Part shown: one piece after another, positions 1-9,877 of the stretch | Layout of the letters: every line of letters starts with the position of its first letter | Numbering within the stretch: position 1 is the first letter of the stretch | Assembly (NCBI GenBank): GCA_964488595.1 | Contig: CAZAWC010000001.1 | Location: forward strand, 9,958-73,957 | Direction: 5' to 3' | Length of the DNA: 64,000 nt | Origin: an uncultured Staphylococcus sp. | GTDB taxonomy: Bacteria > Bacteroidota > Bacteroidia > Bacteroidales > Muribaculaceae | Translations under genes and position numbers: made by a program | The notes under the pieces: generated by a model | The model's input: the letters and a program-made list of their open reading frames with translations, nothing else | What the model was told of the DNA's origin: nothing | Database searches by the model: none

Positions 1-646
1 TCAGGATGACCGGCACACCCGACTCCTTGGCATAGCGGAGCAGTTCGGTGGCACACTCGCGCACCTGCGACACGCTGCCGGGGGCCGACTCAATGTCGTC
101 TGACGAGATGGTCTGAATCGAGTCGACGATCACCAGCCCCGGATTCATAGCCTCGATATGCTCCATGATGGTCTGCAGCGATGTCTCGCAGGCTATGAAC
201 ACATTGTCGCTGGGACGGCCTATGCGGTCGGCGCGCATCTTGATCTGCTGGGCGCTCTCCTCGCCGGATATATAGAGGATGGAGCGGGATTTGATCGAGA
301 GGATATTCTGAAGCACAAGGGTGGATTTGCCTATGCCCGGCTCCCCGCCAATGAGGATGATGCTCCCGGCCACGAGCCCTCCCCCGAGCACACGGTTGAG
401 CTCGGCCGACGGCATGCGTATACGCTCCTCGTCTGTAGCCTCAATACGGCTCACGGCCACCGGACGCGACGTCGGGGCAAGCCTGTTGGCAGAGCCCGAG
501 GCACGCGCGCGGCTCCCCTTGCGCGGGGCGGCCACACGTTCCTCGACCATAGTGTTCCACTCGCCGCATGCCGGGCAGCGTCCGGCCCACTTGGGGGATT
601 CGGCCCCGCAACTGCTGCAGAACCAAGCTGTCTTAGACTCTTTCAT
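1..646 (-). CDS. radA: DNA repair protein RadA/Sms (5' part; runs off window start)
   Basis: Manual translation from ATG at 646: MKESKTAWFCSSCGAESPKWAGRCPACGEWNTMVEE (C4 zinc finger), then GGEPGIGKST Walker A, LYISGEES and IVDSIQT. Missing from the ORF track because no stop lies in the window. Confidence 0.95.
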   Translation of the reverse strand, partial: MKESKTAWFCSSCGAESPKWAGRCPACGEWNTMVEERVAAPRKGSRARASGSANRLAPTSRPVAVSRIEATDEERIRMPSAELNRVLGGGLVAGSIILIGGEPGIGKSTLVLQNILSIKSRSILYISGEESAQQIKMRADRIGRPSDNVFIACETSLQTIMEHIEAMNPGLVIVDSIQTISSDDIESAPGSVSQVRECATELLRYAKESGVPVIL

Positions 647-1407
647 ACGCCACGGAATTTTGCAAGTGTGATGGCAGTGGCCACCGCTGCATTGAGCGAC
701 TCGCCTGTAGGACTGCCGGGAGGATAGGAGGGGATGAGCAGACGGTGAGTCACCTCACGCTCCACAGCCGCAGAGATGCCGTTGCCCTCATTGCCTGTCA
801 CAATTATCCCCTCGGGCATAATTTCTGCCCGAGAGATGCTTTCGCCATCGAGAAAGGTGCCGTAGATGGCTGCCGCTCCTGCCTCGCGCATCGAGGCGAG
901 GGCCGCTGGCAGATCGCAATAGTGGACCGTGACGCGCGAGATTGACCCCATCGTGGCCTGTATCACTTTGGGACTGTAGCATGAGGCCGTCTCGTGGGAG
1001 GCGATGATATCCCTGACGCCAAACCAGTCGGCCACGCGGATGATGGTCCCGAGGTTGCCGGGATCCTGAATGGTGTCAAGAGCCAACAGCAGCCTGCCCC
1101 GCGGATCAGGAAGGGGGCGCTCCGGTGGGATCCGGTAGACGGCGATGACGTCGGGCGCGGTGACCAGCGACGACATGCGCCCCAGCTCTCCGCGCGACAC
1201 CAGCACGGCATGCCCTTCATGCGCCGGGTGCTCGCCAAGCCACACTGAGGTGGCATAGAGAGTGTCAAGCTCGAAGTGGCCGATGGTGTCGAGCACACAT
1301 TTCGTACCCTCGGCCTTGAAGAGCCCCGTCTTCCGGCGCCCTTTGCGGGTGTCAAGCGAGCTCACGGCTGAGATGACGGCATTGGTGACAGTGCGATTAT
1401 TTTCCAT
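643..1407 (-). CDS. TrmH/SpoU family RNA methyltransferase
   Basis: IQDPGNLGTIIRVADWFG, GNEGNGIS and ESLNAAVA SPOUT motifs. Start moved to MENNRT (1407), just downstream of a TACCTTTG promoter box. Stop overlaps the radA ATG. Confidence 0.92.
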   Translation of the reverse strand: MENNRTVTNAVISAVSSLDTRKGRRKTGLFKAEGTKCVLDTIGHFELDTLYATSVWLGEHPAHEGHAVLVSRGELGRMSSLVTAPDVIAVYRIPPERPLPDPRGRLLLALDTIQDPGNLGTIIRVADWFGVRDIIASHETASCYSPKVIQATMGSISRVTVHYCDLPAALASMREAGAAAIYGTFLDGESISRAEIMPEGIIVTGNEGNGISAAVEREVTHRLLIPSYPPGSPTGESLNAAVATAITLAKFRGV

Positions 1408-1413
1408 AATATA

Positions 1414-1453
1414 CAAAGGTAAAGAAAAATCCGCGATATTTTGCGTAACTTTG
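1414..1453. promoter_or_regulatory. Divergent Bacteroidetes sigma-A -7 boxes
   Basis: TACCTTTG on minus (1421-1414) and TAACTTTG on plus (1446-1453) match TAnnTTTG. Confidence 0.65.
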
Positions 1454-1478
1454 GAGTCAAAATCATCATACACTCCCC

Positions 1479-2879
1479 ATGTCACTCCAATATCTCTACA
1501 GCCGCCTCACCGGCCAGCTACCCGAGACGGTCACTCCGCTCACTCCCGCAGGGTCGGCGCGACGATACTACAGGCTCTCCGGACCGCAGACTGTGATAGG
1601 TGTCACCGGCACCCGAGTTCAGGAAAACGAGGCTTTCATATATCTCGCCGACCATTTCGAGAAATATACCCTCCCAGCCCCGAGGGTGCTCGCGGTGAGC
1701 GACGACAGGATGGAATATCTGCAGACCGATCTTGGCGACACATCGCTGTGGAGTCTCCGCTCCGACACCGGGCTGCTGCTTGACGCCATGCGCACCCTTC
1801 CGGCCATGCAGACGACGGGGGCGGAGTATCTCGACCCCGCCAAGTTCTATCCCGTGCCATCGTTTGACGCCTCGTCAGTGATGTGGGATCTCAACTACTT
1901 CAAGTACTCCTATCTCAACCTCACAGGCGCCGATTACTCAGAGCCACGGCTCGAAAATTCGTTCAAGGCACTTGCGGCTATGACCGAAAAGCTCACTGCG
2001 AGCGAGAGGGATGCCGCCCTGATGCTGCGCGACTTCCAGAGCCGCAATGTGATGATCAAAGAGGGACGCCCTTACTTCATCGACTTTCAGGGCGCGCGCC
2101 GCGGTCCGCTGGCCTATGACGTGGCGTCATTCACATGGCAGGCCAAGGCATCCTTCTCACCACAGCTCCGTACTCAGCTTGCCGAGGCCTACACAGACAG
2201 TCTCTCGAAGATGCGTCCTGTAGCCGACGACTTCGACAGGCAGATACGGCTGATGGCCCTGCTGAGGACCCTTCAGGTGCTTGGGGCATATGGGTTCCGC
2301 GGCCTCGTGGAGCGCAAAGGGCATTTCATCAGCAGCATCCCCTATGCACTCTCCAATCTGAGACAGCTCCTCGAGGATGATCTGTTCAGCTATCCGGGTC
2401 TCGGCTACCTCGGTAATGTGGCCGAAAAGCTCGTTGCCATGCCCCCCGTCACCCTGATTCCTGCTCCTGAGGAGGGGCTGACGGTGAGAGTGACGAGTTT
2501 TTCATACAAGAAAGGGATACCTGTCGACCCGTCGGGCAACGGCGGTGGATTTGTCTTTGACTGCCGCGCCATGGACAATCCCGGCCGATATGACGAATAC
2601 AAACCCCTCACGGGGCTTGACAAGCCGGTGATAGACTTTCTCGAGTCGCGCGGCGAGATACAGAGATTTCTTGGCGAATGTTGGTCGCTCACCGACACTG
2701 CCGTGACCAACTATCTGGCACGCGGATTCAATTCCTTGACCGTGAGCTTCGGGTGCACCGGCGGGCGTCACCGCAGCGTCTACTCCGCACAGCACACGGC
2801 CGAGCACCTCAAGGAGCGTTTCCCGGGAATCAATGTCATCCTCTCCCACCGCGAACAGGGCATAAACAAGCTGCTATGA
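1479..2879 (+). CDS. APH-fold anomeric sugar kinase (AmgK-like) fused to a RapZ C-terminal domain
   Basis: AGSARRYYR, RDFQSRNVM and FIDFQG kinase motifs; C-terminal SFSYKKGIP, FVFDCR and GCTGGRHRSV match RapZ-C. Confidence 0.85.
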   Translation: MSLQYLYSRLTGQLPETVTPLTPAGSARRYYRLSGPQTVIGVTGTRVQENEAFIYLADHFEKYTLPAPRVLAVSDDRMEYLQTDLGDTSLWSLRSDTGLLLDAMRTLPAMQTTGAEYLDPAKFYPVPSFDASSVMWDLNYFKYSYLNLTGADYSEPRLENSFKALAAMTEKLTASERDAALMLRDFQSRNVMIKEGRPYFIDFQGARRGPLAYDVASFTWQAKASFSPQLRTQLAEAYTDSLSKMRPVADDFDRQIRLMALLRTLQVLGAYGFRGLVERKGHFISSIPYALSNLRQLLEDDLFSYPGLGYLGNVAEKLVAMPPVTLIPAPEEGLTVRVTSFSYKKGIPVDPSGNGGGFVFDCRAMDNPGRYDEYKPLTGLDKPVIDFLESRGEIQRFLGECWSLTDTAVTNYLARGFNSLTVSFGCTGGRHRSVYSAQHTAEHLKERFPGINVILSHREQGINKLL

Positions 2880-3625
2880 AAGCCATGATATTCGCCGCCG
2901 GGCTCGGCACACGTCTGCGACCGCTCACGGACAGTCGCCCCAAGGCACTCATCGAGGTGGGGGGCGAGACCATGCTCGGCCGGGTCATAGACCGTCTGCG
3001 CCAAGCGGGTGTGAACCGCGTCGTGGTCAATGTCCATCATCATGCCGACATGATCGAGGAGTATCTGCGACGCAACGGCAACTTCGGGGCCGACATCGCC
3101 GTGAGCGACGAACGATCAGGACTGTTGGATACCGGCGGAGGGGTGGTGAAGGCCGCGCCGCTGCTGACCGACGGCACCGACGAGCCGATAATGCTCTACA
3201 ATGCAGACATCCTCACCGACTTCTCCATCCCTGCCATGCTCGAGGCCCACGAGCGGTCGGGGGCCGACGCCACCCTGCTCGTCTCGTCCACACGCCCCTC
3301 GAGCCGCGGGCTCATATTCGATGCCGGAGGACGGATGTGCGGGTGGGTCAACCATGCCACGGGCGAGGTGAGAAGCCCCGCCCCGCTCCCTGAGGGAGCC
3401 GTGAGCATGGCGTTTGGCGGCATCCACATCATCAACCCACGTCTCATAAGCGCGATGGCACGTTACGGCGAGGAGCACGGAGGGGTGTTCTCGCTCACTC
3501 CTTTCTACACCGACACCTGCGCCACGGGGATCTATCGCTCATTTGTCCAGCCCGCAGGTGGCGTGTGGATCGACATAGGCCGACACGAAACATTGGCCGC
3601 GGCCCGTAAACTTTTCGCCTGTTAA
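2876..3625 (+). CDS. Nucleotidyltransferase (MurU-like MurNAc-1-P uridylyltransferase)
   Basis: MKAMIFAAGLGTRLRPLTDSRPKAL, LLDTGGG and WIDIG motifs. ATG at 2876 overlaps the kinase stop (ATGA). Confidence 0.85.
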   Translation: MKAMIFAAGLGTRLRPLTDSRPKALIEVGGETMLGRVIDRLRQAGVNRVVVNVHHHADMIEEYLRRNGNFGADIAVSDERSGLLDTGGGVVKAAPLLTDGTDEPIMLYNADILTDFSIPAMLEAHERSGADATLLVSSTRPSSRGLIFDAGGRMCGWVNHATGEVRSPAPLPEGAVSMAFGGIHIINPRLISAMARYGEEHGGVFSLTPFYTDTCATGIYRSFVQPAGGVWIDIGRHETLAAARKLFAC

Positions 3626-3680
3626 GCGCATTATATTGTTATAACCCGTTATTCCTCATCATCACTTCATCACAGGATCC

Positions 3681-4754
3681 ATGCTCACCTCCCGACCGTT
3701 CACATTCGACCGCACCATGCGCATACTCTTCTCCATAGGTCTGGTGCTGGTGGTGTGGTGGCTGCTCGTCACCTTGGCCAACGTGCTGCTGCCGTTCAGC
3801 ATAGCATGTCTGATAGCCTACTTTCTCGAGCCGCTGTGTCAGTTCAACATGCGGCTGCTACGGACACGCCACAGGGTCATCCCCACATTCCTGACCCTGT
3901 TCGAGACCACTGTGGTGATAGTGGGTCTGATCTACCTGTTCACCCCCTCGGTGACGCGCGAGATAGACCAGATGGAGCAGCTGCTCAAAAACTATTCAGC
4001 CTCCGACACCAATCTCGACATCCCTTTCCTGCCCCACGAGTTCACCGAATATTTCCGTCAGTGGCTTGACCTCGACAAGTTGCGGCTGCTCGTGACACAG
4101 GAGCACCTCAGTTCCCTGCTCAACCGCGGCGTGTCGATAGTGTCTTTCTCGCTCGGTGTGGTGTTTCATACCCTCGAGTGGTTTCTGATGTTCATCTACG
4201 TCATCTTCATCCTCATCGACTATCCTCGTCTGATGAAGGGATTCCGTCTGCTCGTGCCCCCGAAAGTGCGTCCGCAGGTCTACAGGGTCGAGGACGACAT
4301 CAAGGAGTCGATGAACCGCTACTTCCGTGTGCAGGTGCTGTTGGCGCTGTGTGCGGCCGTGTTCTATTGCATAGGATTCTCCATCGTGGGCATTCCCCTT
4401 GCCATAGTGCTTGGCATACTGGTGGGGGTGCTCTACCTCATCCCCTACTTCCAGTATATCACCCTCATCCCCGTCACGGCGGTGTGCTATATCTATTCGC
4501 TGGGGGGCGAGGTGCAGTTTTGGCCGATATTCGGACAGTGCATCCTCGTCTATGCCGTGACACAGACCATCTGCGACTATGTGCTGACACCCAAAATCAT
4601 GGGCAAGGTGATGGGGCTGAATCCGGCCATCATCCTGCTGAGCCTCTCCGTGTGGGGCACACTGCTCGGACTCATAGGCATGATCATAGCGATCCCTATG
4701 ACCACGCTGCTGCTGTCATACTATCAGGAATATGTGATAAAACCGGAAAAGTGA
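3681..4754 (+). CDS. AI-2E family transporter
   Basis: Multi-TM protein with AYFLEP, LIPYF, PKIMGKVMGLNP and WGTLLGLIGMIIAIP motifs. Confidence 0.88.
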   Translation: MLTSRPFTFDRTMRILFSIGLVLVVWWLLVTLANVLLPFSIACLIAYFLEPLCQFNMRLLRTRHRVIPTFLTLFETTVVIVGLIYLFTPSVTREIDQMEQLLKNYSASDTNLDIPFLPHEFTEYFRQWLDLDKLRLLVTQEHLSSLLNRGVSIVSFSLGVVFHTLEWFLMFIYVIFILIDYPRLMKGFRLLVPPKVRPQVYRVEDDIKESMNRYFRVQVLLALCAAVFYCIGFSIVGIPLAIVLGILVGVLYLIPYFQYITLIPVTAVCYIYSLGGEVQFWPIFGQCILVYAVTQTICDYVLTPKIMGKVMGLNPAIILLSLSVWGTLLGLIGMIIAIPMTTLLLSYYQEYVIKPEK

Positions 4755-4766
4755 GGTCTCGCTCTC

Positions 4767-6152
4767 TCACTTCATGAGCTCCTGCTCGATGAGCGAGATA
4801 TCCTCCTGAAGTTTCTTCTCGAGGGGCAGACGCTCGTCGATGAGGCGACAGGCATAGAGCACCGTGGCGTGGGTGCGCTGCAGACGCGACCCTATGGCCT
4901 TGAGTGCCATGTTGGTGTGCTTCTTGGCGAGATACATCACCATCTGACGTGCGTCGCTCACCTCGCGCTTGCGCGACTTGGCCGAGAGGAGCGATGTGTC
5001 GATGTTGTAGAATCGGCACACCTGCTTGGCGATGGTCTCATAGTTGATGGTGCGCCGGTTGAGCTTGACGGCGTTGGCCAGCACGCGGCGGGCCAGATCC
5101 ACACTGATCTCCTTGTTGAGGAATGTGGCATGGGCCAGCAGTGACACCACTACACCCTCAAGCTCGCGGATGGAGTCGGTGACATTGACGGCGATGAACT
5201 GTATTACATCCTCCGGCAGCTCGAGACCGTCTCGGCGGGCCTTGTTGCGCAACACGTCGAGGCGCAGCTGCAGGTCGGGCTTCTCGAGCTGGGCGGTCAT
5301 GCCGCTCTTGAATCGCGACAGCAGGCGCTCCTCCATACCCTCCATCTCCGACGGACGGCAGTCGCTCGACATGATGAGCTGCTTGTTGTTCTGCTTGAGA
5401 TGGTTGAATATGTGGAAGAATGTGCGCTGGGTCTTGTCCTTGCCGATGAAATCCTGTATGTCGTCGATGATCAGCGTGTCGATGCTCTGATAGAACGATA
5501 TGAACTCGTTGACCTTGCTGCGCTGGACGGCGGCTGTAAACTGACTCTCAAAGAGGCGGGCGGTGATATAGAGCACACGTGCGCGCGGGTCGCGCTCCTT
5601 GAGGCGGATGCCGATGGCCTGTATGAGGTGGGTCTTACCAACTCCGCAGGGTCCGAACACGAACAGAGGGTTGAACGTCTGCAGACGCGGATCGTTGGCT
5701 ATGGCCTCGCCGATGGAGCGGGCCACCTTGTTAGAGCCGCTGATACAATAATTCTCGAAAGTGTACTCGGGATTGAGCTGCGAGTCTATCTCCTCGACAT
5801 ACTTCTCCTTGAACGGATTGGCCGAGGCGCCGGGCGCCGGACGCACGGCGGGACTGGGATGGCCGCTGCCCATGCTGACATGCGATGTGGGATCGCCGGC
5901 CACGATGGGAAACTCGTAGATGAGGCGTATCCCCTCGCCAAACACACGCTTCAGCGACAGGCCGAGGACACGGATGTAGCGCTCCTCGAGCTGCTCGGCA
6001 AAAAACTCAGACGGACATGAGATGGTGAGCACATTGTCGGCATATCGCATGAACGACAACGGGCTGAACCATGAGCTGAATTGTTCGGCCGGAATCGTGT
6101 CGCGGATTATCCCGAGACACTCATCCCACATCTGTGAATATTTGCTTTGCAT
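4767..6152 (-). CDS. dnaA: Chromosomal replication initiator DnaA
   Basis: LNPEYTFENY, FNPLFVFGPCGVGKTHL, IIDDIQ, RLLSRF, IRELEG, and domain IV ARQMVMYL/HATVLYA. Confidence 0.98.
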   Translation of the reverse strand: MQSKYSQMWDECLGIIRDTIPAEQFSSWFSPLSFMRYADNVLTISCPSEFFAEQLEERYIRVLGLSLKRVFGEGIRLIYEFPIVAGDPTSHVSMGSGHPSPAVRPAPGASANPFKEKYVEEIDSQLNPEYTFENYCISGSNKVARSIGEAIANDPRLQTFNPLFVFGPCGVGKTHLIQAIGIRLKERDPRARVLYITARLFESQFTAAVQRSKVNEFISFYQSIDTLIIDDIQDFIGKDKTQRTFFHIFNHLKQNNKQLIMSSDCRPSEMEGMEERLLSRFKSGMTAQLEKPDLQLRLDVLRNKARRDGLELPEDVIQFIAVNVTDSIRELEGVVVSLLAHATFLNKEISVDLARRVLANAVKLNRRTINYETIAKQVCRFYNIDTSLLSAKSRKREVSDARQMVMYLAKKHTNMALKAIGSRLQRTHATVLYACRLIDERLPLEKKLQEDISLIEQELMK

Positions 6153-6538
6153 CGTTTGTGTAGACTCTAAGCTGAAACTGTGGTCCGTAAGGGAGAGGTT
6201 AAGGAGTTGTGGAGAGCTGTATGCCGCCCTATTCAGGCGAGGTAATACGGTTGCAAATTTCCAAATAATTTTTCAGAAAATCAATAGCGGTTTTTTTTGT
6301 TTTTTTAAAATAATCATAACGCGCCTGATTCTCAAAACATTACACTACCACCCCCGCTACAGTGCGTCAGAGAGGAGGCTGGAGCATGTTAATCAACTGA
6401 GATTTAGGCAATTGTTTGCAATTGCAAAGTATCACCTGTTCGCATATCCAAACATCAGACATCGACTTCCATCATACTAACCTACAAACAATTGAATATC
6501 GTATATTTTACGCTAAGTTATAAAACCGTTATTTATAC

Positions 6539-7279
6539 TCAGTCCAAATAAGCAAAAGTGAACACCCGTCCCGACGCCGTCCCCAGCCGACGGGCTGAGA
6601 AGAAACGGTCGGGGTGACAACGGGTGCAGAGAGAGGGGTCGAAAGGCATTATATTGCGCCTCTCTACGCCTCGGGCCACAAGTTGCTCCGTGAGATAGAG
6701 ATGGAGGTCGACATGCGGACGCGCCCACCCGGGACGTCTCATCACGGCACTCCCCGCAAAGCGGTCTGCCACCTCATCGCCCACCTCGAAACAGTCGGGG
6801 CATATCGAGGGACCGAACGCCACCCGCACCCTATCGGCACGTGCCCCGAGGGAGATCATCGCAGCAAGAGTGTTTGCAGCCACCCCGCCGACCGCTCCAC
6901 GCCATCCGGCATGTGCCACAGCGAGCACCCGAGCCCCGGGGTCGACCATCAACACAGGGACACAGTCGGCCGTATTGACCCCGATGACCACACCGGGAGT
7001 GCGGGTCACCAGAGCATCGGTATCGGCAGGCTCTGTCGCCGACGTGGCGTCGACAGTGAGCACGTTGACCGAATGGGTCTGCCTCGGGATCACCGTGGCC
7101 ACCGCTCCGTCGCCGATAAACTCCGCCAGCCGGGCCCGACACTCCGCCACATGCTCGGGAGAGTCGCCCGTGTAGCCACACACGCTAAACCCTGTGTAGG
7201 GCGTGCCCGCCTCCCCGCGGACTGTGTAGTAAGCCCTTACGCCCGGCATGGTGATGAGAGGATGGAATATCTGTTGCAT
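6539..7279 (-). CDS. pgeF: PgeF/YfiH (laccase-domain, purine nucleoside phosphorylase) family protein
   Basis: QTHS, TADCVPV, AHAGWRG, GPSICPDCFEVG and CTRC...FFSARR motifs. Confidence 0.9.
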   Translation of the reverse strand: MQQIFHPLITMPGVRAYYTVRGEAGTPYTGFSVCGYTGDSPEHVAECRARLAEFIGDGAVATVIPRQTHSVNVLTVDATSATEPADTDALVTRTPGVVIGVNTADCVPVLMVDPGARVLAVAHAGWRGAVGGVAANTLAAMISLGARADRVRVAFGPSICPDCFEVGDEVADRFAGSAVMRRPGWARPHVDLHLYLTEQLVARGVERRNIMPFDPSLCTRCHPDRFFSARRLGTASGRVFTFAYLD

Positions 7280-7329
7280 GGATATGGATTTTTGGGTAAT
7301 TTTGCGCCAATTTTCACTGGTGCAAAAGA

Positions 7330-8256
7330 ATGGAATTTTCTAAACTCAAAGGGCATCTCGCCATGGCGGGTGCCAATACGATGTGGGGTCTGATGGCCCC
7401 GGTGGCCAAAATGGCTATGGCAGCCGGGACAGTGACCCCGCTGCTCATGACCAACTTCCGCATAGCCGGAGCCGCACTGCTGTTCTGGGCAGCGTCGGCA
7501 TTCACGCGCCGCGAACATGTGACCGGGCCCGATCTCCTGCGACTGGCCGGGGCTGCCATGCTCGGAATACTATTCAATCAGGGGTGCTACATATTCGGCG
7601 TGGGATTCACCTCACCGGGCGACGCCTCCATCATCACCACCACCATGCCTCTGTGGGTGATGGTCCTCGCTGCCCTCATCCTCAAGGAGCCAATCACTCT
7701 GAAGAAGGTCGGGGGCATCCTGCTGGGAGGGTCCGGGGCACTGCTGCTGGTGATGGGTGGCACCAAAAGCGGAGTCAAGGGCGACAACCCGACGCTCGGC
7801 AATCTGCTGGTGCTCACCGCCCAAGTGAGCTATGCTCTGTATCTGACCTTCTACCGCAACTTTATCCGCAAGTATTCGGTGGTGACACTCATGAAGTGGA
7901 TGTTCACCTTTGCCGCCATCATACTGGTGCCGCTCTCCATGCCTCAGACCGCAGCCACAGACTGGAGTCTCCTCACCACTGCCGAGGTGTGGAGCGTGGT
8001 CTATGTGGTGGTGTGTGCAACGTTCATAGCCTACATCTTCATAATGATAGGCCAGAAGAACCTGCGCCCGACACTCGTGGGGATGTACAACTACGTGCAG
8101 CCCGTTGTGGCCACAGCCACAGGCATAGCCATGGGGCTCGACCGTATCACCCCTGTGAAACTCGGGGCCGTGGCGTTGATATTCTGCGGCGTGTGGCTGG
8201 TGACCATCAGCAAGGCCCTCCCCGCCGACAAGGATTCAGAGCCCAAACAGGCGTGA
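7330..8256 (+). CDS. DMT/EamA family transporter
   Basis: About 10 TM segments in two EamA repeats (LILKEPIT, YNYVQPVVA). TAATTTTG box at 7297-7304 upstream. Confidence 0.88.
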   Translation: MEFSKLKGHLAMAGANTMWGLMAPVAKMAMAAGTVTPLLMTNFRIAGAALLFWAASAFTRREHVTGPDLLRLAGAAMLGILFNQGCYIFGVGFTSPGDASIITTTMPLWVMVLAALILKEPITLKKVGGILLGGSGALLLVMGGTKSGVKGDNPTLGNLLVLTAQVSYALYLTFYRNFIRKYSVVTLMKWMFTFAAIILVPLSMPQTAATDWSLLTTAEVWSVVYVVVCATFIAYIFIMIGQKNLRPTLVGMYNYVQPVVATATGIAMGLDRITPVKLGAVALIFCGVWLVTISKALPADKDSEPKQA

Positions 8257-8742
8257 ATACTCCTGCTCGAAGTTGGGGGTAAATACACCCTTACCCATTG
8301 ATTCAAGTATTTCCGCCCGCGACCAGAACCGGCCGCCGGCCGTCTCCTCCGAGGGTGTGACCGCGCCGGCCCACACCGTGCGGAAACTGTGGACCAGCTC
8401 GCGCTCGCGCGTCGACTCGAACACATATCGGTCAAGCGACTCCGGGACAAACCCCTCTACGCCGATCTCCTCGCGGGCCTCGCGCCGCAGAGCCTCCTCT
8501 ATGCTTTCGCCCGGATCCACATGCCCGCCCACAGCGGTGTCCCACTTGCCGGGCTGAATATCTTTCCAGTCGGGCCGGCGTTGCAGGTAGAGGCGCCCGT
8601 CAGGGTCAAACAGATGGAGATGGACCACGGGGTGAAGCGGCCGCCCCACCCCCGAGTGACACTCCCCGCGCGTAGCCGTGCCGACCACCTCGCCGTCAGG
8701 CGTCACCACTGGGAGCAGTTCAAGTGAATTATCAGATGTCAT
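8236..8742 (-). CDS. NUDIX hydrolase (YfcD/IDI-like)
   Basis: LHPVVHL, QPGKWDTAVGGHVDPGESIEEALRREAREEIG Nudix box. Start placed at MTSDNS (8742). Confidence 0.88.
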   Translation of the reverse strand: MTSDNSLELLPVVTPDGEVVGTATRGECHSGVGRPLHPVVHLHLFDPDGRLYLQRRPDWKDIQPGKWDTAVGGHVDPGESIEEALRREAREEIGVEGFVPESLDRYVFESTRERELVHSFRTVWAGAVTPSEETAGGRFWSRAEILESMGKGVFTPNFEQEYSRLFGL

Positions 8743-8751
8743 AACAGCGGG

Positions 8752-8789
8752 CAAAATTACTAAAAACTCATTTCTTTTTATTACATTTG
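8752..8789. promoter_or_regulatory. Divergent sigma-A -7 boxes (NUDIX / aldo-keto reductase)
   Basis: TAATTTTG on minus (8759-8752) and TACATTTG on plus (8782-8789). Confidence 0.65.
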
Positions 8790-8820
8790 CCTCACAAAAA
8801 CAACACCTCAATCAATACCG

Positions 8821-9813
8821 ATGACAGATCCCGTATATAATCCCTCTCCCGACAGATATAACGGGGGGATGCAATATCGCCGGTGCGGCCGCAGCGGAGT
8901 GATGCTCCCCGCCATATCGATGGGCCTGTGGCAAAACTTCGGCGACACCACTCCCCTCTCCCACAGCCGCCGATTGCTCCACTATGCCTTTGACCACGGG
9001 ATAACACACTTTGACCTCGCCAACAACTACGGGCCTCCATATGGAAGCGCCGAGGAGACGTTCGGACGAGTGATGAAAGGCTCGTTCGCCCCCTATCGCG
9101 ACGAGATTTTCGTCACCACCAAGGCCGGATATGACATGTGGCCCGGGCCGTATGGCGACCACGGGAGCCGCAAATATCTCATGGCGTCGCTTGACCAGAG
9201 CCTGAGGCGCCTCGGGCTCGACTATGTGGACTGCTTCTATATCCACAGATATGACCCAGACACCCCCATCGAGGAGACTCTGCAGGCACTCGTCGATATG
9301 GTGCGCGCCGGCAAGACACTATATATAGGCATATCGCGATGGCCCGACGAGGCCCTGCGACTTGGGCTGGACTATCTGCAGAAACGTGACTGCCACTGTC
9401 TGGTGTATCAAGACAAGCTCAACATCCTGTCCACAGACTCGCTGACGCAACTGGCCACAGTCTCTGAGGAGGGCACGGGGTTTGCCGCCTTCTCGCCGCT
9501 GGCCGAGGGGGTGCTCACCGGCAGGTATCTCGACGGGACTATACCCTCGGATTCGCGTGCGGCGAAGGGCGGACACCTCAAGGACTCAGACCTGACGCCC
9601 GAACTGATGTCGCGGGTGAGGACACTGGCCGGAATAGCCGCCCGCCGGGGTCAGACTCTCGCGCAGATGGCCCTGTCGTGGGTGCTGTCACACGAAGGGG
9701 TGACAACTGTGCTGGTCGGAGCAAGCTCCACCGCCCAACTGGCCGACAATCTCAAGGCTCTGGACCACGCAACATTCACCGCCGGGGAGAGGCGCGAGAT
9801 ATTGGATCTATGA
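8821..9813 (+). CDS. Aldo/keto reductase (Gpr/YghZ, L-glyceraldehyde-3-P reductase-like)
   Basis: GLWQNFG, GITHFDLANNYGPPYGSAE, TKAGYDMWPGPYG and FSPLAEG motifs. Confidence 0.92.
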   Translation: MTDPVYNPSPDRYNGGMQYRRCGRSGVMLPAISMGLWQNFGDTTPLSHSRRLLHYAFDHGITHFDLANNYGPPYGSAEETFGRVMKGSFAPYRDEIFVTTKAGYDMWPGPYGDHGSRKYLMASLDQSLRRLGLDYVDCFYIHRYDPDTPIEETLQALVDMVRAGKTLYIGISRWPDEALRLGLDYLQKRDCHCLVYQDKLNILSTDSLTQLATVSEEGTGFAAFSPLAEGVLTGRYLDGTIPSDSRAAKGGHLKDSDLTPELMSRVRTLAGIAARRGQTLAQMALSWVLSHEGVTTVLVGASSTAQLADNLKALDHATFTAGERREILDL

Positions 9814-9877
9814 CACAAACCTTAGTGGAAACTGAATTGTTATATCAGCGAGAATCCACCTCAGTATTAGGCACGAG

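Noticed and set aside
158-727. 189-aa plus-strand ORF
   Set aside because: Antisense shadow of radA.
6153-6538. oriC call next to dnaA
   Set aside because: Only mismatched DnaA-box-like 9-mers and no cluster; cannot be supported.
9814-9877. Fluoride riboswitch upstream of crcB
   Set aside because: No GGCGAUGG/GGAGUUC...UGACUCCU-type consensus in the short spacer.
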